Assembly: GCF_963921235.1 (NCBI RefSeq)
Contig: NC_086097.1
Span: 73,906,001 to 73,970,000 of the forward strand
Direction of reading: 5' to 3'
DNA length: 64,000 nucleotides
DNA from: Mobula hypostoma
Lineage: Eukaryota
Numbering within the stretch: position 1 is the first letter of the stretch; each line of letters begins with the position of its first letter. Shown here piece by piece: positions 12,425 to 23,859 of the stretch. The position numbers and the translations under genes are program-made. Below the pieces are notes generated by a model. The model was not told the DNA's origin and ran no database searches. It worked only from the letters and a program-made list of their open reading frames with translations.

Positions 12425-13102
12425 GGAGGAGGAGGAGGAGGAGAAGACGGCGGCGCGACGCAGCTTGCACGGCCACTCCTGTGAATGATATCTGTAATCT
12501 GTCAAGTAGGGTGCCGTGCACAATCCTGATTTGATGGAGACAGACGTGAGAGAACGGAGGACCATCTGGAGAAACTTCTGAAATGCCTTTTTCGCTGCCG
12601 CTGTTACTGTGTGATCCAAATCTCCGGAGAAGGCCCCGAACCCTCGGCTTTGCTTGTTGCTCGGTGGCTGGGGCGGGGTCGAAGCGCTCAGCAGAGATGG
12701 TGCTTGGTGCTCGGTGTCGAAGGGCTGGTCGGAGGCTCGCAGTTTTCGGATGGACTCAGAGTCAGCTGTGGTCGGTTGCTTCCAATGCGTCGACAGTTGT
12801 CGGTGCCTGGGGGTTTATGGCAGAGAGAGTTTCTCCCCTCTGCCGCCTGCTATCGGGGACTATTGGGAGTTGACCGGAACTTTGAGACTTTTTTTTACCG
12901 TTCCCATGGCCTGCTCTTTATCAAATTATGGTATTGCTTTGCACTGCTGTAACTATATGTTATAATTATGTCTTGTCAGTGTTAGTCTTTGGTTTGTCTT
13001 TTTTTTGTGATATCACTCTGGAGGAACATTGTATCATTTCTTAATGTACGCATTTCTAAATGACAATAAACGAGGACTGAGTGTCCTCATAATCTAATCT
13101 AA
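12425..13102 (+). mobile_element. ~680-bp CpG-rich non-autonomous retroposon, copy A
   Basis: Starts (gga)n gaagacggcggcg and ends aataaacgaggactgagtgtcctcataatctaatctaat. A colinear second copy lies at 17856-18542 on the minus strand. Confidence 0.85.
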
Positions 13103-14248
13103 TTATTAAGATTTGCTTAGTCTTATGGCAAATCACTTTCCTGAAACCTTTCTGTCTCCACAGATGCAGACAGAATTGTTGAGTACTTACAGAATCTTTT
13201 GTTGTTGAATCCACTGGGTATGTACTCCTCTGCAAACTACTTTATTGACTGACGCTCAAGGCAGTCCTACCACTATCAGTTGATTTCAGGGCAGTTCTTG
13301 TTGTTTTAGTTGAGTTCTTGTTAGTTTAATTTAGTTTAGTTGTTTTTGTTTAGTTGGGTATCACAGTTACTAATTTACATCATATGCTTTTTTATGAATA
13401 TACTTTTACTTTTGCACAAAATTTCTCAATAAAATTAAGAGGGTGCCACTTTTTTCTAAATTAAAATAAATATATTGATTTGATATATTCATTCAAAGTG
13501 CTTGAATAAATGGTTTCCTGAGGTTGTTTTCTCGTACACAGCTACAAAAACCTTTGAATCAATCAGCCATATAAGTAGACACAATCCCAATAAATGTTGC
13601 ATGACTACATCAATGTCCTTCACACAGCTTCTCTTGAATGAACATTTGATTACAGGGTGGAATCTGTGCTGAAATGTGGTTGCTTTGATAGATTAGTAGA
13701 TTGAATCCGGTACTCTTCATCTCAATAGAGTTTGGTCCTTTACACACATGCTGATCGAGACACAGGTTCTTCAAAAAATGTAAAACCCTTAATTAAAGAG
13801 AATAAGGAATGGGAAGTGAAGTGGTGCATGGCTGAGGAGGAAGGCAAATTAGAATAGATGATTCAAAATTGAACAACGTAGAAAATGAACTGCGGCAAAG
13901 AAAACATCAGATAAAGACAGAAGTACAAAATAACAAAGGAAAGTAAAGGTTTTAGGAAAAATCTACATTCTCAAAATCTTCAGCAATTTACTACCTGAAG
14001 CATGGAGGTGCTACAGTTTTACTTTTACACATTCAGGACAAGAGGTTAATTGGTAGTCATTATCAATGATGTATTAATACTATTAATAACCAGAATTAAC
14101 TTTCTGTGTGAAGGTTAATGGGAAATGAGCATGCAAGTGCACAACTTCACAAAAACAACAGTAGGATGTTTAGACAAATTGGTTTCGACGAAGCCAAAGG
14201 TGAAATGGTGCAAGTAGTCAGTAATTCAGAGGATAACTCTACCACAAG

Positions 14249-14311
14249 CCATCAATCAATTTGCACATTAATAATGTCTTGCTGTATTGAAGTTGTTAGA
14301 ATTGTTGACAG
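14249..14311. promoter_or_regulatory. Candidate enhancer core: PBX-HOX site plus MEIS/PREP site
   Basis: TGATTGATGG on the minus strand (14249-58) and TGACAG on the plus strand (14306-11), in repeat-poor DNA. Conservation is untested. Confidence 0.35.
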
Positions 14312-15189
14312 TCTGGCAGAGTCTGGATCAGTATCTTTAAAACATCAACTCTCTTAAATGACATCTGTACTGCATTTCATCATTTTTTTTTGCTGAAAAA
14401 GAGTTAAAAATGTCATCTTCAATCACTTTAAATGTAACTTGATTGTCTTTCATGGCCAGTCTGATAAAAGATCAGCAAAACTTTACACTGATGGGGAAAA
14501 CAACTAGGATTAAGATGAAGGCATCAAAACATTAAATATTGGAACTTTTCATTAAATGTGCTATACAGATAGGAAATGCAACACATGTATTTGAACAGAC
14601 TCATGTTAAACATTGGTCTCGGATAAATTAAGTCACAAATGAATCTGAGTAGAAATGCTGAATGGTGAACAAGAATGAAGAACATTAAATTGAACCATGC
14701 ATGTCCTCCAGACACCACATCAGTGGTCAGGCTGCATCTCTGATTCATAAAACTTACAAAAATAGTGGTGTAAATTGTTTCGGGTGTTTCCAAATCAGCA
14801 GCAAAACTTGTAAGAATGCTGAAAATCATTAAGAGTCAAATTTCTTAGTGCATCTTATTTATTATAAATTTCCCAGGACAATTTTTAACTTTGGAGGCTT
14901 ATGGAATACTGAATGTTAGAAAGAAAGAAGAGTAAATCTTAAGGTCTGAAACAGGGGCTGAATAATTGCTATAATCTCTAGTTTCCACAATCTCTACCAT
15001 TTACCTGCAGGCTATTATTTCAAAATGTGCATATCTTCCAAAACTCTGTAAATCCAATGAGTCACAGAAATTTAAATTACCTCCAATTTAGAAAGTAGAC
15101 AGAGCAATTTAGATGCCTGTAATTTCTCAGAACCTAAAAAATATGCAAAGACGTTTGGAAATGTAATCGACTTCTCAGTGAAAGAAGAT

Positions 15190-16380
15190 TTTAGCTTCAC
15201 TCAACTGATAGCACTCTTTCATGAACATCTTTCCAATTCATAAACTTGCAAGTTCAAATCCCACTCTAAATTTGACCACATAATCCAACTTGACATTTCA
15301 CTGCATTATAGTGTAAAAGCAGTAATAAATCAGCAGAGTTATGATATCAGGGTTATTGTATTAAGATGAATACATCTTCCTATTTTACTGCTGAAGCTCC
15401 TGTGGCAATACAGTGGATTCGGATTAATTGGGACACATTGGGACCTGTATATTTTGGCCCAATTAAGTGACTGCTCCAGTTAGCCAAAGTTTCATGAAAA
15501 CTTTGGAAATAGTAAAAAAGATATTAAAAAAAGACGAAGTACCATTGAACTGACTTACAAATTATGTATTTAAATGAAATTCGGAACAAATTAGAACACT
15601 ACCAATACTACAACAGCACTATAAAACTGTGCATTAGTTCCAAATAGTTATTGATGGAAGAATTCATTCAGTGTACCTGCTGTGTTCTTTTGATTGACTA
15701 TAAATGAAAAAAAAAATCAATGCAGACACATAGTGTAGATAATGGACTATCTTCATACAATGCTTTTGATGAGTGTATCCCCCAAATCTTCATTTTCATT
15801 GTAATATTCAAGATGATTGTTGATATTTTCAAATTCTTCATAGTTCCAAACTTGTTGAAGTAGTGAAATCGTTGCATTTTCACTCTTCGCTTTTTCTGGT
15901 ATCAGCAAGCCTGAATGCTTGAAGCCGCAGTGAGGAAAACAGTGATTAAATTGCCTTACTGCTTATTCTTTATCAACCATAAGGGACAAAAATTGCTGCT
16001 TTTGAACACAAACAGATGTAACTGACGCTATTTAAAAACTGTTTACTTAAAGCACGGTATGGTTTTTAATGACCATGCAAGTGCATGTGACTGACACTAG
16101 TTAGAAACAGTCTCCTGTCCCAGCATGGTGTCCAAAAAAATTGAAGAGAATCCCAGCTATTTTCTCGATTAGTTTTTGCTCTTTAAAAGTTGTCCCAAAT
16201 AAGCGGCTGCCCCAATTAACGATGGCCAAATTAACCAGAATCCACTGTATTCAGAATGTTTTCCTGGTTCCCAGAACAATATTCCTCTCTCAAAAAACAT
16301 CACCAGGACTAATTAATTGGACACGTATTTTAACAACTACTGTGAGATCCTTGACAGTTCAAAAGTGAGTACTTTCAGTA
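15190..16380 (+). mobile_element. Old DeuSINE (SacSINE1/AmnSINE-like) remnant split by a DNA transposon
   Basis: B-box-like agttcaaatccc near 15251. Deu-domain-like ctcctgtggcaata on the left of the insertion joins ttcctggttcccagaacaatattcctctctcaaaaaacatcacc on the right. Confidence 0.55.
15411..16247. mobile_element. Non-autonomous Tc1/mariner-superfamily (pogo/Tigger-like) element, 837 bp
   Basis: TIRs cagtggattcggattaattggg and ccaaattaaccagaatccactg. TA duplication at 15409-10 and 16248-49. Subterminal ccaattaa repeats. Confidence 0.88.
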
Positions 16381-17855
16381 CAAGATGATTTATATTAAAC
16401 CTGCACAAAATACAAATAAGCTTCAACTAAGCACAGACTATTTGTTTCAATAAATTATTTCCTTTTGAGCACAGAAAACGAAGGTTTAATTTGAATTTTT
16501 GCTTTTTAATTTTAAAATATTTCTTTTTCCTCAACCCTAAAGCTCATCTGCTGGATAGGAGATGAGCAACTTTTCTATTGCAACATGGTGACTCAAAAGG
16601 GGCAGCAGACAATGGTGGATGTTCCTTATGGGCCTCATATCCCTTGAGAAAGCACATCTTGACATTGATCACAAAAATGCCCAACTGAGATAAAGAACAA
16701 ACCACAAAAGGAAGCATAGTAATTTGTTTCTTACCACTCTGTGGTGTGGACCATCAATGTATGACCAAGCTGCGCCATCAGGGCCACCCAAATGCTTGAC
16801 TTGTTTTTGATGCTGCATTTTTTGACAGCTGCTTTCCATTTTCCCCTTATTACTTAGTGTACAACTAGATTGTTTTTACTATAGTTTGAAACAATTCCCA
16901 AGGCTAAAGAATGTAGCATAATGCATGACTAATCCACAGCAGGCAATGTAAATCTTTGCAATATGAAACATATTAATTTATGGCACATATCAGTGCACCC
17001 CTAATACCGAGAAATTATAGTAATGAGATACTGCTGAATGTTTGCTTTTATACATGCATTAGTCACTTTGTACCATGTTGCCTTAGGCAATAAAATTAGT
17101 ATTCGGCAAAGCACCAGGGACACAGTACATGAAACAAAGACTGTTAGAGAAAATATTGATCTTTTATCAAATTTGTTCCTGAAAGTTCGGCACAGATTCT
17201 CCATTGTAGGAATCTGAAGAAGGAAAACAACTGTAGTGAGTGGTGGAGAGACTGAAGCTTCCATCTGCAGTTCATTGGACTATAGGAGTTTCTGATTTTA
17301 CCCACTATGGTGTGGGTAATAAAACAACAAGATTAACTTCTGTGAATATTTAGAGGTCTCCTTCTATCAAATTCAGGCTACCAGCCTACAAATATTTGGA
17401 CCACCAGAAGGAGAAAAACAAAGTTGCAAAGAAAACAATTTGGAAAGGTGTTTCAAACTTAGCAGAAGAGCATAAAGTAAATTTGCAATGAAAATGGCAT
17501 AAATTTGCTTAGTTTAAATGATACTATACACATGGCAGAGTTTCATACATTCACACAGAATAAGTCTCTCCATGGTAAAGAACTGCACCCAATGCTTGCA
17601 GCAGCGGGGACAGATGCACTATATTCACTTTAAATCTATTGCATGATATTGATCAAAAATGATTTCCATTCCACAGTGAACCTTACAATAAGACGTAATC
17701 TATTACAAATTGCCATGTCTTAAGTACTGACCTTTGTACAACACTGGGGAAGTGGGACTGATGTGCAACACCCACCATACACAGCATTACTAATAGTTTG
17801 ATCGTAGAGCTGATCAGCAGTGAACTTGAGCTGAAGGCATTAACCGTATTCCAAC

Positions 17856-18542
17856 TTTTTTTTAGATTATGAGAACACTCAGCCCTCTTTTATTGTCATT
17901 TAGAAATGCATACATGCATTAAGAAATGATACAATGTTTCTTCAGAGTGATAACACAGAAAACAGGACAAACCAAAGACTAACACTGACAGAACTAAATA
18001 ATTATAACATATAGTTACAGCAGTGCAATGCAATACCATAACCTGATGAAGAACAAACCGTGGGCATGGTAAAAAAAGTAGTCTCAAAGTCCCCGAGTTG
18101 ATCGACTCCCGAGTCCCCAATAGCAGGCCGCAAAAAGGGGAAACTCCCTGCAATAAACCTCCAGGCCCCGTCAACTTGCCGATGCCTTGGAAGCAGCCGA
18201 CCACAGCCGACACTGAGTCTGCCCATCCGAAAACTTCGAGCCTTCGACCAGCCCCTCCGATACAGCCTCCTGAGCACCATCCTCTGCCGAGTGCCTTCGA
18301 CCTAGCCCCGGCCGCTGAAACAAGCAAAGCTGAGGATTTGGGGCCTTCTGCTCCGGAGATTCCGGTTACCACACAGTAGCAGCGGCAGTGAAGCGGCATT
18401 TCAGAAGTTTTCCAGATGTTCCTCCGTACTCTCATGTCTGTCTCCATCAAATCAGAATTGTGCATGGTCCCCTACTTGACAGATTACAGATATCATTCAC
18501 CGGAGAGGCCACGCGCACTGCCGTCGCGCCATCTTCTCCTCC
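17856..18542 (-). mobile_element. ~680-bp CpG-rich non-autonomous retroposon, copy B
   Basis: The reverse complement aligns end to end with 12425-13102, and both give the same spurious peptide ending YGIALHCCNYML. Confidence 0.85.
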
Positions 18543-19367
18543 TTGTCAGCTTGTTGAAGCTGCCCATGACCAATGAATTTTATATTCTTGCCATATCTAC
18601 AGGCACATTCTTATTTCTATGATGTATATGTGAAATAAGAGAGCAACCCCAGCCCATCAAGTTTCTCTCATTCAGTTCCTCTGTGTATCATTGTGAGTTA
18701 TGTCTTCCTCACACTGATTGATAGCCTCATACTCTTGTTATGAAGAAACAGCTTACAAGTTCACAACTCAACAAACAAAAACTCAATCATAGCAGGAGAC
18801 CAAACCATCAGTTGTTTCGAGTGGTTGGCAAGTCCAATCCAATCATCCAACATGACAACAGGGACTACAGTTCAAAAAATACTTCACTAGCTGTAGAGCT
18901 GGTTCTTTTTCCTTTTTATTATTCCATGTGGTTGATAGCAACAGATTTCACATTGAGATGCACCAGACTTCAAAGGCAATACTGAGATAATGTGGCATAT
19001 GCTGAATATGAATTTGAAAATTATCTCTAAAGTTAGTGGTTCTATCTTGGTAACAGCCATTGGGCAGGCTTTTCTGGTGCAAAGGTAACTTAAAGTGTGA
19101 TGACGCATAATCGTGCATATGCAATTAGAAGAGTGGGATAATTCACAGTCAGTGTTCACACTGTGTCATTGGAGTACAAAATGAAAGGCAGCAAATAAGC
19201 ACAAATTTGGAGTGAATCTTCTAAAGCAGATTTCCTCTGCAGTGCTCCTGTTCAGCTGCAAGCACAATTTAGTGGCAAGGTAATACTGCATCATCAGATT
19301 AAAGTGTTGGGGGCAACAGTCAGCAGCACACAAAAATAGTGTAACCCAATCTCAGTTATCGTTCGCA

Positions 19368-20320
19368 TTCAAGCAACACACACAAAATGCTGGAGTAACT
19401 CAGCAGGCTAGGCAGCGTCTATGGAAAAGAGTACAATTGACGTTTCAGGCCGAGAGCCTTCAGGGCTGGAGAAAAAAAGTTGAAGAGTAGAGTTAAAAGG
19501 TGGGGGGAGGGGAGAGACAAACACAAGGTGAAACTGTGAGGGGGAGGGATGAAGTAAAGAGCTGGGAAGTTGATTGGTGAAAGAAATACAGGGCAGGAAA
19601 AGGGGGAGTCTGATAAAAGAGGACAGAAGACCATGGAAGAAAGAAAAATAGGGGAGGAGCATCAGAAGGAGGTGATGAGTGGGCAAGGAGCTGAGGTAAG
19701 AAAGGGAAAAGGGGATGGGGAATGGTGAAGGGGGGGCATTACAGGAAGTTCAAGAAATCACCGTTCATGCCATCAGGTTGGAGGCTACCCACACAGAATA
19801 TAAAGTGTTGTTCCTCCAACCTGAGGTTGGCCTCATTACAACAGTGCAGGAGGCCATAGACGTATTGGAGTGGGAATGGGAGGTGCAATTGAAATGGATG
19901 GCCACTGGGAGATCCCACTTTTTCTGGCAGATGGAGCATAGGTGCTCAGTGAAGGAGTCTCCCAATCTACATTGGGTCTCACTGATATACAGGAGGCCAC
20001 ACCGGGAGCACCAGACCCAGCAAATGACCCCAAAAGACTCACAGGTGAAGTGTCGCCTCACCTGGAAGGACTGTTTGTGGCACTGAATGGTAGGGAGGGA
20101 GGAGATGTAGCACTTGTTCTGCTTGTAAGGATAAGTGCCAGGAGGGAGATCAGTGGGGAGGGACGAATGGACAAGGGAGTTGTGCAGGGAGCGATCCCTG
20201 CAGAAAGCAGGAGGTGGGGGGTACAGAAAGATGTGCTTGGTGTTGGGATCCCGTTGGAGATGGCGGATGTTGCTGAGGCTGGTGGGGTGACAGGTGAGGG
20301 CAAGAGGAATTTATCAGTGT
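19368..20320 (-). mobile_element. Penelope-like element fragment (GIY-YIG domain and pseudo-LTR)
   Basis: HFTCESFGVICWVWCSRCGLLYISETQCRLGDSFTEHL..PVAIHFN and LRLEEQHFIFCVGSLQPDGMN. The pseudo-LTR carries a damaged hammerhead at about 19430-19470. Confidence 0.9.
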
Positions 20321-21559
20321 AGAGTAGGAAAAGTGCAGGATGGTCACCAGTGAACGATTGGAACATGGACTGTATTTGTCGTTCACATTCACTGCTTCTC
20401 TCTTAAAGGATCACAATGACCCGAATTAAAAACTGCCTAACCACTTCCAGTTCAATCTCCAAACACCACCCATCATGAATTCATCTTCCTTTTGCTGACA
20501 CCAGTATCTAATTTCAGTAGTGTAAACAACTTTAGTTCTAAAGCATTTTAAAAGACACACCCTTGCTGCTCTTCGTATGTTCAAAAGGATAACTCTTTAC
20601 AGTCAATCAGCTGATAAGCACCCTGAAGCAGCCCTTACATCACAATTCTTCAATGACTACCAGAAAAACCCAATTTATCCCAGTAACAGTCAATTCTGGC
20701 TGCACAATTGGAAAGAGATCAGCATTTCAATAAAAATATTTAGGAACTCGGGAGATTCTAGATATACCCAATGAGAAAATGTTTTGAACTTATAATAATT
20801 AAAGAATCCTGACAAACTTGAATTCGAACAAACTATATGGTAACAACACAGACATAAACATTTGGTTATAGCTCTATAGATCTCCAAACTCATGTTAATC
20901 CTGCAATGATTGACAAAACAAACTCTTGCAATAATCCAATAATGAAGCTACTTGTAGTAACTGATAAGATAAAACCATGATTAAAAGCTTAAGTGAATTT
21001 AAATTTTATATGAGAAATTTTTAAATTGGCATTTGATTCCAGCTAGGAATGGAGTTTACTTCTGAATGTGCAAGATTTTGAACTATAATACAACTGGACG
21101 GTCTCACAAAATATTCCTAAAAAAATTGGAACATGGTATCAAATGGCCATTTAACTCTGAAAGATGACACCCCAGGCTGATGAATTATATAAATCACCAT
21201 GGCACAAGCACACAATGAAAATGTCATACAGATTACTGAAGAAAAATATATAAACTATCTGTTTCTGTGGGAAGGTTCTACAAACAGACTTAATTGTGAA
21301 CAGAGTGAAATAAAGAAGAATTGAGTCTAATTGTTTAATAAAGCTTTTCACTCTCACACTATATTTAAGTTTAAAAATTGGAAATTAGCAATGAAAATAG
21401 AAAATAATGGTTACATATAATGGTTTTGTTGTCACTGATTTCTTAAATACCTGCATGTTATGGCTACTACATCCTTCAAGAATTGTCTGCCTCTATCTGA
21501 AAATTTGGGCGAGAGGATGAGATTACTTTTCAGAAAGTAAGACAAAGTTATATAAGCAG

Positions 21560-22320
21560 TGAAAAAAGTTATCAAAAATTACAAGGGAACCTTGATCAAA
21601 TAGGTAAGCGGGAAGGCCAAGAAATGGCAAATGGCATTCAATCCAGGTAAGTATGGGGTGTTGCATTTTGGGAAGTCAGACCAGGGTAGGCCTTTCACAG
21701 CGAATGGTAGGGCGCTGGAGAGGGTCGTAGAACAGAGGGACCTAAGAGTTCAGGAATATAGTTCCCTGAAACCAGCATCTCAGGCAGAAAGGGTGATGAA
21801 AAGGGTGCTTGGTACACTGGACCAAACTTTGGTACACTAAGATTTACACTAACTTTGGTGCACTCAGTATTGAAGTTGGGATGTTACACTGCAGTTGTAA
21901 AAGTTGTTGGTGAGGCTGCATCTGGAACATAATGTATAGTTTTGGTTATGTGTTACAGGGCTGATTAAGCTGGAAAGACTACAAAGAAGATTTATGAGAA
22001 CATTGTCAGGGCTTGGGGTATGAAGTATAGAGAAAGGTTAGGTAGGTTAAAGCTTTATTCCTTTGAGCACAGGATACTGAATGGTGACCTTACAGAAGTG
22101 TATACAATCCTGAAGGACATAGGTAGGGTGAATGCACAGGCTTTTTCCCAGGAACTAAAAAGCATAGATTTAAGGTGAAAGAGGAAAGATTTTAAAGGAA
22201 CATGAGAGGCAACTTCTTCACACAGAGAATGGTACATATATGGAACAAGCTGCCAAAGTAAGTGGTTGAGGCAGATACATCTTGGTCAGCATGGATGAGT
22301 TGTTCTGTGGTGTATGACCC
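21560..22320 (+). mobile_element. CR1 3' fragment
   Basis: WQMAFNPGKYGVLHFGK..VEQRDLRV, followed by a decayed RGNFFTQR region and 3' UTR. Confidence 0.85.
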
Positions 22321-22907
22321 TCTCCGAATCTAAGTGTTCACATTGACTTGCTCTGAATATACAGCTTCCTTGAGAAGGTTTTATTAACTGCTAGCTTTTG
22401 CATATTACTGACAATGCATTTCTGCAGATTGTTTCACCTGCCCACAGACCATAATTACAGTATTGGGAAGAAGATTTACTTTAAAAAAAGTATGAATGCT
22501 TTAGTACAGCTGATATTTTAAATTACACCTAGCAAGAAGGTATGTTTCATCCAGAGGAATTGGGCACCTAAAGTCCATGTCCTTGTGAATGAATCCGACA
22601 ATCCTAATGAAAAAAATGTCATTTTAGATCCCTAGTTCTCAGTCACGTTTTGTCCAGCGTTGTATATTTGCACAGACTGAACGACTTGCATTGATTAGAT
22701 TGCCAGTTTCTGCAGCTCTTTTCAAAATGGCTGATTTAATCAGAATTTTATCAAAATAGCAACATTAGTCATCATTGAAGTATGCACAATATTTTCAAGT
22801 GATTTTGCCACAGGTAAACATGAAATTATTCGGAGGAAGATATGTAACCTTCAGGTTCTTTCACTGTTACGTTCTTGGTTGACAAATAAAAATAACAATA
22901 AGAATTC

Positions 22908-23038
22908 CTGCTGAAGGATTTCGGCCCAAAACGTTGACTGTATTTTTTTTCCATAGATGCTACCTGGCCTGCTGAGTTCCTCCAGCATTTTGCGTGTATT
23001 TCTCGGATTTCCAGCATCTGCAGATTTTCTCTTGTTTG
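22908..23038 (+). mobile_element. Solo truncated Penelope pseudo-LTR with 13-bp TSD
   Basis: acaataagaattc at 22895-22907 and 23039-23051. The insert begins at a decayed hammerhead core (ctgctgaagg..cccaaaacgttgactg). Confidence 0.85.
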
Positions 23039-23859
23039 ACAATAAGAATTCAAGTTTTTAAGAATGCAGTATTTATTTCTACTGAATGTAAATATGTGAA
23101 TGTACAAAGCATCACAATACATCTAGCAACCAAACTATTCTTTGCTAGGATATGCACTAATCCTCTATCTTCAGATGCAAATTCATCGATCGAAATTCAT
23201 TAATTCTACTTCTTTCTCCACAGATGCTGCCTGAACTGCTGAGTGCTTCTAGCATTTTTCTGTTTTTAATTTCAGATTTCCAGCTACTGAAGTTTCTTGC
23301 TTTTCAAATGCTTTTCCCATCCTCCCCATATTACAAAGCCTCATAAAATCGGGAATTATACAGTTTCCCTAGTATCACACATTTGATACAGTAAAATAAC
23401 CCAAAGCAATTTAAAGTTCCAGAACAAATGAGATCATGTCAATAAACTGACACTGAGTTACACTTCAGCAATCTATTGAACATGTTTCATGACACTGTGA
23501 ACAAAGTGAGTGGAATTGAGCTGACTGTTACACGCTGCTTCAGGGTCAATTAGATCAGAATCAGAATCACTTTATTGCCAATATGTGAAACATCGCAGAA
23601 CTGATTGCGGTTCGATGGTAAGCATAAAATACAGGACAATACCGTATGGACAACATAATAGCAACCAATAATTTACAAGACAATAGTGTAATCAACCATG
23701 AGCAATCAATAAATAGTGCAAATATCAAGAATCAAACTTAAGTAAGTGTGAACATATGAGCATACTATATAATTATTAACAGAACAAGGAGAGCAGGAAG
23801 GACCATTTAATAGTGTTGGATCCAATTTGGCAGCTCTAAATAGGAGACCCAGAAGGCTT

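Noticed and set aside
17167..17213. Strong minus-strand acceptor (ttgttttccttcttcag) giving DSYNGESVPNFQEQI* in phase with the dph6 exon
   Set aside because: The peptide has no resemblance to DPH6 and nothing else supports it. Such acceptors are common by chance.
17896..18465. 189-aa ORF in retroposon copy B
   Set aside because: The frame is not preserved in copy A, so it is an incidental ORF of a GC-rich repeat.
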